Origin: an uncultured virus (IMG/VR IMGVR_UViG_3300011991_000001)
Taxonomy: Duplodnaviria > Heunggongvirae > Uroviricota > Caudoviricetes
Length of the DNA: 64,000 nt
IMG/VR virus record: IMGVR_UViG_3300011991_000001
Strand: one strand, 5' to 3'
Shown: in pieces, positions 11,217 to 20,195 of the stretch
Position numbering within the stretch: position 1 is the first letter of the stretch
Layout: each line of letters begins with the position of its first letter
Translations under genes and position numbers: made by a program
Notes under the pieces: generated by a model
What the model was told of the DNA's origin: nothing
The model's input: the letters and a program-made list of their open reading frames with translations, nothing else
Database searches by the model: none

Positions 11217-12269
11217 CTAAATATAGAGGTTAATTAAATCCTTAGTTTTTTGAAAATATTTCTCTCCGTCAAGTCCTTTTTCATTAGATCCATACTGAAA
11301 TCTTTCATTGAGAGAGATATAGTCCTTTTTAGTTAATTCTCCATTAGCATCTTTAATCACTTTAGCTGCGTCAATGATAGCACTAGTCCAGAGCGATGAT
11401 ATATTTAAATAGGGAGCATTTACCCATGATTGGATTCTTTGAATTCTATTAGCAATTAATTGGTGATCTATCTTACCAAATTTATTCTTGCCTGGCACAC
11501 GAAAAACATATTCCGTTTCGTTAATTGGGAATCCCTTTTCTGTTTTCTCGTAAATTCCTTCATCGTTCTTTTTAGATTTCAATCCATTACCAAAAATATA
11601 GTGCCCAGAATCAATAGTTTTTTTAATTAAATCAAGTGTATAATAATCTACATATAATTCTCTTAATTCGCCATCATTACTTGTTAGATAAATTAACTTT
11701 TCTTCCCATTGGATATCAGTAACTTTAAAATTAATAAATTCTTCTAAAGTGTTCCCTTTTTCAGTACGACCCCTAACTCCTAATCCCAATAATTCAATAA
11801 TTAGTTTATCTTGATAATTTACCAATAATTTTTGCCATTCTCTATTCTTAATTAATGGAATATAAGAGTTTTCAACTGCTTGAATATCAATATAGTTATC
11901 ATAAAATTTTGGAAGAATTAAACCGAAACGATTTTCAAAGTGCCTGACTAAGTTTTTGCTAATACAAAAATCTACATATTTTTTGAGAGGAGATAGATTT
12001 GATTGAAAAGCACTAATCGTTTTGTTTTTAAATTCAGCCAATAACAGCTCATCTCTCTCTTCAATATTGAAATTAAAAATGCTTTTCCCTATTTTAAATT
12101 CGTAAAAATCAGCTTTCTGCAAAATATAAGAATAGAATGTTCTTGTAGAACTAATTTGCGAATCAAGAAATTCCTCTTTGACACGTGGATCAACTTTAAA
12201 TGTCACCTCATTCTCTTGAAACCTATTGTCGTTTATTTCTTCAGTCAACATAAACACCAACCCTTTCAA
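11217..12269 (-). CDS. YopR/MrpR-like integrase-fold master repressor
   Basis: SAM-like N-terminus, LLGLGVRG...EEFINFKVTDI box, no HxxR catalytic motif; directly downstream of DGQHR gene as in SPbeta yopQ-yopR. Confidence 0.7.
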   Translation of the reverse strand: MKGLVFMLTEEINDNRFQENEVTFKVDPRVKEEFLDSQISSTRTFYSYILQKADFYEFKIGKSIFNFNIEERDELLLAEFKNKTISAFQSNLSPLKKYVDFCISKNLVRHFENRFGLILPKFYDNYIDIQAVENSYIPLIKNREWQKLLVNYQDKLIIELLGLGVRGRTEKGNTLEEFINFKVTDIQWEEKLIYLTSNDGELRELYVDYYTLDLIKKTIDSGHYIFGNGLKSKKNDEGIYEKTEKGFPINETEYVFRVPGKNKFGKIDHQLIANRIQRIQSWVNAPYLNISSLWTSAIIDAAKVIKDANGELTKKDYISLNERFQYGSNEKGLDGEKYFQKTKDLINLYI

Positions 12270-12278
12270 TTATTTCAA

Positions 12279-13655
12279 TCAGATTAGATTGTAAAAGAAT
12301 TTATACAGATTGTTTCTAGATGCTTTTTTCATATCATGGTCTGATATTTTAATATCTTTCCAAAAAGGATTATTTGTACCGAAGTTTACTTTGCTCAATG
12401 CTTGCTCAACTTTATCCTGCCATTCTTCCTCTTTTAAATCCAACCCATATAACTTCGCCGACAAAGCAATATATCCTGCAAACATATTCTTATGATTAAT
12501 ATACGAGATTTTTTTTGTTTCCTCTGGATGAATAATAAATTCTTCTACATTAAGACCAATAATAAAGTCTATAACATTGGCAATATGTTTTGCGATTGAT
12601 TTTGCTTGAAGACGATTTTGTAATCTGTCAGAGTAGGTGTCTTCCACAGAAATTGCCAAAGTAGACCTTTTTGCCAAGCCCCCAAATGCTAGTTCCGAAT
12701 CGGATTCTTTTATAGACTGAGCGAACTCGCTACTGGAATTATCTAAAATTAAATTGATGACAACATTACCTAATTTAGATGTGTCAAGTGATTTAATATG
12801 TTCCTGTTTCATAGGTTTTTGCTTATTAATTTGTACCATTTGTTTTTGGGCTTTAATTTCACTATAGTTGGTAACTATGAATACAAAAGTGAAGTCCAAA
12901 TCTGGGTTTTGAGAAATTGCTATTGAATTACCCACCTTACGATGTTGCCCATCTACGATATTTTTGATACCTGAAATAATATTTAAGTCACCATTCTTAT
13001 CATATCTTATTTCGTCCTCACCATTTTTTAATACATTCATAACTATAGCGTCTGGGAAATATTCACCTGAAAGAAGTCCTTCAGCAATTTCCTTCGCTTT
13101 TGTTTTATTTAAACTAATTTTCTTCATTCCAAAAGCGTCATAAACTGGGTCGCGTTGAGTTTTAAAATTGTAAATGAATTCATTACCTGCGTCTAATTCA
13201 GCAAATTGTCTTGACTGCAAACCTCCTAACCAACACCCCGTCGCAATCTCTAACATATTATGAAATACAATTACCTCGTCTTTCTCTCCCTCTTTTTTTG
13301 CTAGTTTATAATTTTTCAAATTTTCAACTTCGATTGTGGTAAAATGGTCTTCAATAATTATTTTATTCCAATCGTTTATTTCTCCTAGGGACTCACTAGT
13401 GGTATTTTCCTTAAAAGTCAGAGCCTTAAACATACCAGATGCAAAAACAAATAATAGAATTAATTCATTTTTTATACCAATATCAAGAGTTGACAACAGT
13501 CTTCTTTCAGTTAAAATACTAACTGCAATACTAGCCTTCATATTTCTACTATTGAATTCTTCCTTAACTATGTCTCTTATTTTGTCATTCCCTGCATATT
13601 TTTTTATTAATACATTGAGATTTAATATGAGCTGATCTGCTTCGTCTTTTAACAT
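12279..13655 (-). CDS. YopQ-like DGQHR (DndB/ParB-like) protein
   Basis: YNFKTQR and IVDGQHR motifs; 458 aa. Confidence 0.75.
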   Translation of the reverse strand: MLKDEADQLILNLNVLIKKYAGNDKIRDIVKEEFNSRNMKASIAVSILTERRLLSTLDIGIKNELILLFVFASGMFKALTFKENTTSESLGEINDWNKIIIEDHFTTIEVENLKNYKLAKKEGEKDEVIVFHNMLEIATGCWLGGLQSRQFAELDAGNEFIYNFKTQRDPVYDAFGMKKISLNKTKAKEIAEGLLSGEYFPDAIVMNVLKNGEDEIRYDKNGDLNIISGIKNIVDGQHRKVGNSIAISQNPDLDFTFVFIVTNYSEIKAQKQMVQINKQKPMKQEHIKSLDTSKLGNVVINLILDNSSSEFAQSIKESDSELAFGGLAKRSTLAISVEDTYSDRLQNRLQAKSIAKHIANVIDFIIGLNVEEFIIHPEETKKISYINHKNMFAGYIALSAKLYGLDLKEEEWQDKVEQALSKVNFGTNNPFWKDIKISDHDMKKASRNNLYKFFYNLI

Positions 13656-13692
13656 TTAACATCGCTCCCTTACGTTAATATAATATATTTGC

Positions 13693-13721
13693 ATTATATA
13701 TTTATTATATACAATTGTCAA
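13693..13721 (-). promoter_or_regulatory. consensus sigmaA promoter for repressor genes
   Basis: TTGACA-17-TATAAT. Confidence 0.7.
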
Positions 13722-13742
13722 TATATTATACCATATAAATAA

Positions 13743-13768
13743 AAAACTACTTATTAATAGGTAGTTTT
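13743..13768 (-). terminator. intrinsic terminator (bidirectional)
   Basis: AAAACTACT-TATTAATA-GGTAGTTTT-type hairpin with A/T tracts on both sides. Confidence 0.6.
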
Positions 13769-13773
13769 TAAAC

Positions 13774-15312
13774 TTACAATGCTTCTTTTAGTCTCATATA
13801 TTCGTCATAATACATCCATTTAAGCTTCTCACCTGTTATTGGATGTTTTCCAGCAGATTTCTTTTTATTTGTACAACATTGACAAATCCCACCATGACCT
13901 TTCATCATATATGCTTTAGTTGCTTCTTTTTGTGAATTGAATATCTCTCCTGTAGTTACGCAAATTACTTGCTTGCAGTTTTTCTCTGCTAGTGAAGTTA
14001 CATTCCTTTTTCTTTCTTCTTTCCCGTCATAAGTACACCAACCCAATTCTACTCCTTGGTTAAGATACGTCCAAATTGCACTTTTGCTTAATTTTAGTAT
14101 ATTAGCTAGTTCTAATACATTATTAATTCCACTATCCCATAGTTCGCAAGTTATCTTAACTAGACTAGAGCATGCGTATTCATGGCACAATGCCCAATCT
14201 ACATCAGATTCTTTAAAATTTAATAACTTTATTAGTTGGCTCAACGTAATGTTGTTTTTAATCCATTCTATTTTAGAATACGTACAATCTAGAATTATAT
14301 AGTTACTAACACCATTATCTTTAGCTAATTGTTTTTTTATTTTATCATTTTCTTGTATATTGCTTAATTTGCCCCAAGTTCCAGTAACTTGCTTATAGTG
14401 TTGTAACCCATGAGTCTCAATTATACAATTTATATTCTTTATATAAAAGTCGTATCTATAATTTTTACACCATTTGAAAGTTTTCTTACTTAACTGTATC
14501 TGAAAGTCTACATTTAACTGTTCTAACATATTAAACAGAAATTTTTCTGGATATGATATATTATCAGAGCACTTATTGCATCCAAACCCATTATTAATTA
14601 AATTGTTAATAATAATTTCCTTCACATAACCACAATCTGGGCACTTAGCGAGTATTTTGCTACTCGATATTAAATCATAATTAATTGCGTCACCTTTATT
14701 TACTAAATAAGTTTCTAAATCAGGATGCATCATTAATATTGAATTACATATTTTACAGTCAATATTTATAATCCTACCACTTGTGAAACTGTTAATATTA
14801 TTTAATTCTGACAAATGCTCAGGATGATCCAAGCATTTAAACCAATATCCTTTTTTATTTATACCCCTAGACCCATATCCAACTAATTTTGGGGTTAATA
14901 CATTACCATTCTTATCAAGATTTAAACTATAATCCCATTTTGACAAAATAGAATCGGATTGTTCTTTAGGTAAATTATCGTAACACCATTGATAAAATGA
15001 TTTTCCATTATTTAATCTTGATATCCTATAATTATTATCTCCATATAATACCATGGCACACGTATGGCAATAATATTTACCGTCTTCTTTTGCACACTTT
15101 AAATAATCTTGCCACCTTACGGGTTTTGATATTGGTGTTTTACATTCTTTATGGTCACATTTTACAATAACCTCAACAACTGAACCATTTTGTAAGTCTA
15201 TGGTTTTAATTTCAAATTCATCTTTAAATTTTGTAAAAATATACCCCTTACTTTCATAGTATTCTTTGTATCTTGAATGCCATCTTATTATCACCGTCTC
15301 ACTTATAAGCAT
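13774..15312 (-). CDS. zinc-ribbon/PD-(D/E)xK (Vsr/DUF559-like) endonuclease with C-terminal NUMOD1-like domain, homing-endonuclease-like
   Basis: Multiple CxxC; RYDFYI...IETHGLQHY; KQVICVTTGEIFNSQKEA...SAGK...LKW; start taken at ATG after GGAGG. Confidence 0.75.
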   Translation of the reverse strand: MLISETVIIRWHSRYKEYYESKGYIFTKFKDEFEIKTIDLQNGSVVEVIVKCDHKECKTPISKPVRWQDYLKCAKEDGKYYCHTCAMVLYGDNNYRISRLNNGKSFYQWCYDNLPKEQSDSILSKWDYSLNLDKNGNVLTPKLVGYGSRGINKKGYWFKCLDHPEHLSELNNINSFTSGRIINIDCKICNSILMMHPDLETYLVNKGDAINYDLISSSKILAKCPDCGYVKEIIINNLINNGFGCNKCSDNISYPEKFLFNMLEQLNVDFQIQLSKKTFKWCKNYRYDFYIKNINCIIETHGLQHYKQVTGTWGKLSNIQENDKIKKQLAKDNGVSNYIILDCTYSKIEWIKNNITLSQLIKLLNFKESDVDWALCHEYACSSLVKITCELWDSGINNVLELANILKLSKSAIWTYLNQGVELGWCTYDGKEERKRNVTSLAEKNCKQVICVTTGEIFNSQKEATKAYMMKGHGGICQCCTNKKKSAGKHPITGEKLKWMYYDEYMRLKEAL

Positions 15313-15446
15313 TTCTCTATCCTCCTCCACATTATACAACTATAATATAATTATACCACAAAACAATACAAAACACAAGTATAAGTAATAAATAAAACAA
15401 ACTACTCACAAAAACATTCGCAAGTAGTTTTACTATAATTATTAAA

Positions 15447-15854
15447 TTAAACAGCAATACCCAACGTTTTACCAACAAGTAAAGCAACAGCCATTGCTGG
15501 AACCATATTATTGTGTTGCAAAGCCCGATTATACAACACTTTAATCTCATGTAGCACCATGTTTTCACCTTGAATACTTTCTTTATTCTTACCTAAACCT
15601 GCTAAAGAATGTTGCTCAATATGAAAATCAATGTCTATTTCTAATAGATCCTTTTTCTTATCTAAGATTGCCATTGCTTCTTTTGCTTGCTGATCCCCTA
15701 TGTATGCTCTACACTCTTCGCTGAAGCTCTTGTAAGACACATACACGTACTCTGAGGTGTCTATTTTATGGATGCTACCTTTGTGTGCAAAGCACCCCAT
15801 CTGGTCTTTAATTACCCATACAGTCCTATCACCCTTAACATCACAACTACTCAT
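15447..15854 (-). CDS. hypothetical protein, paralogue of 26113-26403
   Basis: Shared R.VWVI.D..G and Y.S.KSF..ECRAY motifs. Confidence 0.7.
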   Translation of the reverse strand: MSSCDVKGDRTVWVIKDQMGCFAHKGSIHKIDTSEYVYVSYKSFSEECRAYIGDQQAKEAMAILDKKKDLLEIDIDFHIEQHSLAGLGKNKESIQGENMVLHEIKVLYNRALQHNNMVPAMAVALLVGKTLGIAV

Positions 15855-15921
15855 ACAAAAACATCTCCCTTATTAATTTTTAATTCTGACTATGATTCAT
15901 TGGTGCAATAAATTGCGCCTT

Positions 15922-15999
15922 TTATTCTCTAGGGTTTGCTACAAATATTGCTTGATATGTTGCTAAGTCATCCAAGGATAAAGTCATCCAAAAATCCAC
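15922..15999 (-). CDS. putative 25-aa small protein MDFWMTLSLDDLATYQAIFVANPRE
   Basis: Strong RBS AAGGAGGTG; GTG start; downstream of a LexA-boxed promoter; an overlapping ATG gives only MWIFG*. Confidence 0.4.
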   Translation of the reverse strand: MDFWMTLSLDDLATYQAIFVANPRE

Positions 16000-16073
16000 A
16001 TATGATCCACCTCCTTTATTAAGTATCGGTCGCTCTAACAGAAAACTTTAGCCCGTACATTGCCTTTGTTAAC

Positions 16074-16102
16074 AGTATATATTAGAACGCACGTTTGGTC
16101 AA
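16074..16102 (-). promoter_or_regulatory. sigmaA promoter with Gram-positive LexA (Cheo) box in the spacer
   Basis: TTGACC-17-TATACT; AGAACGCACGTTTG at 16084-16097 fits GAAC-N4-GTTY. Confidence 0.7.
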
Positions 16103-16439
16103 GTAGAACAAATGATAGGTTGTAGAATGATTCTACGTCTAATTATTCTACGATTCGACAAACTACTTTTAATTATATATTTTTAGTATTCCGACTATTT
16201 TGATGGGAATTTTATAAGGGTTATATGTAAGTAACACGTTTCACTGATACAGTACATAGTTACGAACTTTATCACAGATACAGTTTACTCTTTAATTTAA
16301 TAAAGTCAATGGTTTATAAGGGGTTGAAATAAATATATTATGTAGGATCTTTCTGAAATATTTGTGTCAGTTACCCCTCCCCTACCGCCCCGTACTATTT
16401 CAGTATATACAATATAAATAATATTGTCAAAGGTTATAT

Positions 16440-17060
16440 TTAATCTACAAAAGTGTACATTTTTTGTCCCAATGTGCTTATGCTGAGGAGTTCGAGCAAT
16501 AATCCAAAGCAACTGGCAATAACAATAATTTTTATATGTAGTAGTAAGAAGATGGTCATTAGCATTGTCCATGTAGTTAGGTATATTGAAGACCATTTTT
16601 TGAATTTGACTTTTTGCTTTTGATCTGTGATAGGCTTGTTAGGAGTATCTCGTGGTACGTACCTAATTATTATATATATAGCTACTATAATACTAAATAT
16701 AAATAGACTATAAATATTTATGTATGTCCAATACTTCTGAGTATACTGGACTATTATTGAACTTATGATAAATTGAGTTAGACTTATAACCATACAACCC
16801 AAGAAGTTTTTTAAATGATATCCTCCTGCTATAATTCTTAATGATGAGAAGGTAAATGTGATAGCTATAACAGGCACTAGAACCCCTAGAATGGACGCTA
16901 GTGACACCAATAATATCCCCTTGACCAATGCCCCAATGATGACCATAAACCCATACTCAAACACCTCGATTTGATCTTCTACACTTGGATAAATTTCATT
17001 AGAAACTTTTGTGGATAAATATCTGGCACAATAATTTGATGTACTCTGAATTGTAATCAT
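16440..17060 (-). CDS. agrB: AgrB autoinducing-peptide processing protein
   Basis: EVFEYGF, LRIIAGGYH....GC (catalytic His/Cys), YVPRDTPNKPI; multi-TM, 206 aa. Confidence 0.95.
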   Translation of the reverse strand: MITIQSTSNYCARYLSTKVSNEIYPSVEDQIEVFEYGFMVIIGALVKGILLVSLASILGVLVPVIAITFTFSSLRIIAGGYHLKNFLGCMVISLTQFIISSIIVQYTQKYWTYINIYSLFIFSIIVAIYIIIRYVPRDTPNKPITDQKQKVKFKKWSSIYLTTWTMLMTIFLLLHIKIIVIASCFGLLLELLSISTLGQKMYTFVD

Positions 17061-17086
17061 TAATTATTTAATCTTCCTTTCTTTTC

Positions 17087-17857
17087 TCATGCGAATACCA
17101 ATTGAGGACTTACGCTACGATTATGATTATTTTCATATTGATAAGTTTTTTGAGTATTCATATTATCTAAGTATTCAATAGCGTCTTGCTCATTCATTCT
17201 TATGTCGATCACACCTTGAGATTTTAGCATTGCAATATTTACTTTTTTAAGAATTTCTGGAGAACATTCTGCTATTTTTTGTATCACACCATTTTGGGAC
17301 AATCTTCTTTTTGAAACGCAACGAATTTGTTCACAGCATATAATTGACTCTTGAGGAAGTCCACAGTCAGATCCCACAGATACGTGCGTTGGTTGAGGCT
17401 TCCGACTGCGGGAAGTGAGGGGGATGATCAGAGTTGTACTAGAAAAGTGATTTCCTACATTATTCTGTACTACGAGGCAAACTCTAACTCCTCCTTGTTC
17501 GGAGTCCAAAACTTCTCCTAGATTTACGTAACAAAATTCCCCTCTTTTTACTTGAAGATTTTTTATTTGTTCCATATCATTGTTGCTGTAATTTGAATAT
17601 CCACAAGCCATTGTTAAATCTTTCAAAGATACCCTTCCTTCTGAATTGTCGGAGATCAATTTTAGATAAGGTATCGTTGGGTATGTAGTTATTCTTGCGT
17701 TGATAACTGAACTTAAGTATTCACCACTAGTTTTCATGTTCGCTGCGAATCCATTTACAGTTCGCTCTTGCCCTTTTGCACGAATTACATAATTGGCTAG
17801 TTTCTTAAAATCCTTTTTAACATTTTCCTCAGTTTTAGTAGTTGATTTGTTAAACAT
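17087..17857 (-). CDS. XRE-like HTH fused to PemK/MazF endoribonuclease domain
   Basis: N-terminal ~100 aa HTH-like (RTVNGFA...EYLSSVIN...PTIPYLKLI); C-terminal KRGE..VNL...SEQGGVR..LVVQN..GN...IIPLTS...CEQIR. Confidence 0.85.
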   Translation of the reverse strand: MFNKSTTKTEENVKKDFKKLANYVIRAKGQERTVNGFAANMKTSGEYLSSVINARITTYPTIPYLKLISDNSEGRVSLKDLTMACGYSNYSNNDMEQIKNLQVKRGEFCYVNLGEVLDSEQGGVRVCLVVQNNVGNHFSSTTLIIPLTSRSRKPQPTHVSVGSDCGLPQESIICCEQIRCVSKRRLSQNGVIQKIAECSPEILKKVNIAMLKSQGVIDIRMNEQDAIEYLDNMNTQKTYQYENNHNRSVSPQLVFA

Positions 17858-17908
17858 ATTAATACACTCCTTCTTATAAATAATATATAATTAACATTCA
17901 ATAACGTT

Positions 17909-17937
17909 ACTATACCTTATTTATATTAAGAATGCAA
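17909..17937 (-). promoter_or_regulatory. sigmaA promoter for HTH-PemK/agrB
   Basis: TTGCAT-17-TATAGT. Confidence 0.6.
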
Positions 17938-17979
17938 CTAAATTATTACTAATATGTAAAATAATTATATTTTATTATT

Positions 17980-18005
17980 ACAGGGAGGACTTATGTCCTC
18001 CCTGT
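17980..18005 (-). terminator. perfect 11-bp hairpin after agrD
   Basis: ACAGGGAGGAC-TTAT-GTCCTCCCTGT; U-tract weak. Confidence 0.6.
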
Positions 18006-18019
18006 TTGGAATTATGTAC

Positions 18020-18136
18020 TTATTTTAAGCACTTTGGAGTTTGTGGTTGGTGCGTAAATAGCCATGACGCAAAAACACCTGAAAACATTGTGGCTACAAC
18101 TGTAACAACGCAAGCAATAATAGAATACTTTTTCAT
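18020..18136 (-). CDS. agrD: AgrD-type cyclic peptide precursor MKKYSIIACVVTVVATMFSGVFASWLFTHQPQTPKCLK (38 aa; absent from ORF track)
   Basis: Hand-translated; RBS GAGGAGGTG; hydrophobic leader, S-WLFT core and HQPxxPxxL tail as in clostridial AgrD. Confidence 0.9.
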   Translation of the reverse strand: MKKYSIIACVVTVVATMFSGVFASWLFTHQPQTPKCLK

Positions 18137-18176
18137 TTTAATTTCACCTCCTCTCACTATTAGATATCTATCTACA

Positions 18177-18980
18177 TCAGTCATTTACGTCATCTTGCAT
18201 AATAAGATTTTCGTAAGTCTGTTGTATTTGTTTTTCTTTTGTTAATAAATAATTAACAAAAGTTAGAAACCATGTAATCAAAATTATTGGGGCAGATATT
18301 ATGGTCATAATTATAATTAATTGATCTAAAATCGTCTGGTCTACTAGAATATCATTGATCATAATTAATTTAGCAATGTAGATGATCACCAAAACCGTAA
18401 ATATAACTATAGCTAGAAAACTATTTGTAAAAAATTTATTCTTGACTATTGTATTAAAGAGATTAACTTGTATACTGTTGTTTTTTCTTATTATAATGAA
18501 TAATAAGATACATATTTCAATGATTCTGGCAGGGAGTGTTAATAGTAGGTTATATGATATATTATCATTGAAATAGCTTATGGGTTGATGTAATAATGAA
18601 AGAACAATCGGTATGTATAGGATTTCAACTAATCCAATTATAACAAAACTGACAAATGTAAAAAGGATTGTCTTAATAATCAGTTTCTTATTCACAGAGT
18701 AACTATTTTTTGTAATGATATAAATCATAATAGCATTCATCATTATTAAACCTGTTAATGATATTATTGGCTTTGGAATAATTATTATGTACCTAAAAAT
18801 GTTTATCATAATAGCTACTGGTATGACTGGTATCATGATCCACTTCAAATTATGTTTCCACATTTGTATGTCTAGCATGTCAAAACGTCTCAAGAATATT
18901 AATGTCATTGTCACCAAAAATATATTTTCTGGTATTGATACCAAGATCGTGTTGAGTAAAGCATTTATTACATTTTGCAT
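18177..18980 (-). CDS. AgrC-sensor-like polytopic membrane protein lacking a histidine-kinase domain
   Basis: About 7 hydrophobic segments, directly upstream of agrD; ends ~20 aa after last TM with no H-box or HATPase. Confidence 0.65.
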   Translation of the reverse strand: MQNVINALLNTILVSIPENIFLVTMTLIFLRRFDMLDIQMWKHNLKWIMIPVIPVAIMINIFRYIIIIPKPIISLTGLIMMNAIMIYIITKNSYSVNKKLIIKTILFTFVSFVIIGLVEILYIPIVLSLLHQPISYFNDNISYNLLLTLPARIIEICILLFIIIRKNNSIQVNLFNTIVKNKFFTNSFLAIVIFTVLVIIYIAKLIMINDILVDQTILDQLIIIMTIISAPIILITWFLTFVNYLLTKEKQIQQTYENLIMQDDVND

Positions 18981-19014
18981 ATGTATTGCCTCTTTCTGTT
19001 TTTATCTTAGTATC

Positions 19015-19043
19015 ATTGTAACAGAAGAGTATACATATGTCAA
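19015..19043 (-). promoter_or_regulatory. extended -10 sigmaA promoter for receptor-agrD
   Basis: TTGACA-17-TACAAT with TGn. Confidence 0.7.
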
Positions 19044-19609
19044 TGAAATAAATTATATATTTGTAGTTTTTTATTAGATTCTTTTATACAATAATATATT
19101 ACCAAGAAGACAAATGATCTGACAATAATATCGCCAATTGACATCACGCACCATCCGAAGTCCCATGTGTCACAAATTGGGATCAAATTACTATACATAT
19201 TCCCAATTATATGGAAATCTCCAACTGCTAATGTTTTTTCAAACATATCTGGTTTAGCATATCCAGTAGCCCAAGAATTTGAAACGAAAACAGGCATCTT
19301 CCCACCATTTGCTCTCATTGCTATCACATTTAATGAAGTTCCTATCCATATAAGAGGTGTAGAATACAAGAAGACATTCATCCTGTCATAATGTATTGCT
19401 AGTATAAGTAAAGAGCTTAGATAGGCTGTTTTGAAGACATTAGCATACTTTATTAATGAGTAGTCACCCTGCCATATCATAGATTCTAAGTAAATATATA
19501 TCAAGGCCATGAATATGACGGGGTAAATACTCCAGTGTTTAAATATGGGAAGCAATTTATTTTTGCGTATTCGAGCTATTATAAAAGCTAATAGAACTGT
19601 CTCAATCAT
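19040..19609 (-). CDS. DUF5317-like membrane protein
   Basis: LNVIAMRANGGKMPV...H...LIPICD...SIGDII; start at MIETVLL after AAGGAG. Confidence 0.75.
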   Translation of the reverse strand: MIETVLLAFIIARIRKNKLLPIFKHWSIYPVIFMALIYIYLESMIWQGDYSLIKYANVFKTAYLSSLLILAIHYDRMNVFLYSTPLIWIGTSLNVIAMRANGGKMPVFVSNSWATGYAKPDMFEKTLAVGDFHIIGNMYSNLIPICDTWDFGWCVMSIGDIIVRSFVFLVIYYCIKESNKKLQIYNLFH

Positions 19610-19628
19610 GGGTTTTACATCTCTCCTT

Positions 19629-20033
19629 TTATGCATAAGCAACATTACTTCTTGCATCTACTAATCCCAATTGAATTGAAATTCCCTTATCCAGTTTACT
19701 AATTATATGACTACTACAAATTCCTACTTTTTCTAATAAATCTCCTGTAGAAACTAAATTTATTTGCTCGCACATAGCAATAGATTTTACCCGTAATCCA
19801 GTTTCTACTGATACTTCGACATCTACGTGGGTAGGCATCCACTTTTTCGCCCTAGATGTTAGTGGTATGTACTGTAAAACTGGGGAGTGCTTACATGCTA
19901 TAGAATTCGAGCAGATTATTATCGGCCTCAATCCTCCCTGAATTGAATTACCCGTAATAGGTAGATTTACCATATAAATATCCCCACGATTGATTTGTTG
20001 CACTTGGCTAACATTGTTCATTTGATTCATCAT
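19629..20033 (-). CDS. mazF: PemK/MazF-family endoribonuclease, no adjacent antitoxin
   Basis: INRGDIYMVNL, IQGGLRP, IPLTS, CEQI. Confidence 0.9.
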   Translation of the reverse strand: MMNQMNNVSQVQQINRGDIYMVNLPITGNSIQGGLRPIIICSNSIACKHSPVLQYIPLTSRAKKWMPTHVDVEVSVETGLRVKSIAMCEQINLVSTGDLLEKVGICSSHIISKLDKGISIQLGLVDARSNVAYA

Positions 20034-20165
20034 TGTATCTGCCTTCTTTCTTAGTTTTATTTCTTACTTATATTATTCCCCCTCTGCTTGGATTTATACC
20101 TACACATAATTATATATGTGGCAATTCCTGTATTATGTGTACAAGGGATGACTTATTTATAACTC

Positions 20166-20195
20166 ATTATACAATGACAAGAAGGCTACTGTCAA
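20166..20195 (-). promoter_or_regulatory. sigmaA promoter for mazF-DUF5317 with ~125-nt leader
   Basis: TTGACA-18-TATAAT. Confidence 0.6.

Noticed and set aside
11217..12269. Active prophage integrase
   Set aside because: Lacks the HxxR/H/Y catalytic set; context fits a YopR/MrpR repressor
12279..13655. Dnd phosphorothioation system
   Set aside because: DGQHR motif only; no dndC/D/E; SPbeta YopQ context explains it
16306..16596. 96-aa minus-strand ORF overlapping the agrB 3' end
   Set aside because: Out-of-frame overlap running through promoter DNA; likely spurious
18006..18245. Plus-strand 79-aa ORF from the track
   Set aside because: Antisense shadow of agrD and the receptor end
18975..18992. 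MazF cleavage motif UACAU between RBS and start of the receptor gene
   Set aside because: A 5-mer this AT-rich is expected often by chance, and the phage PemK specificity is unknown
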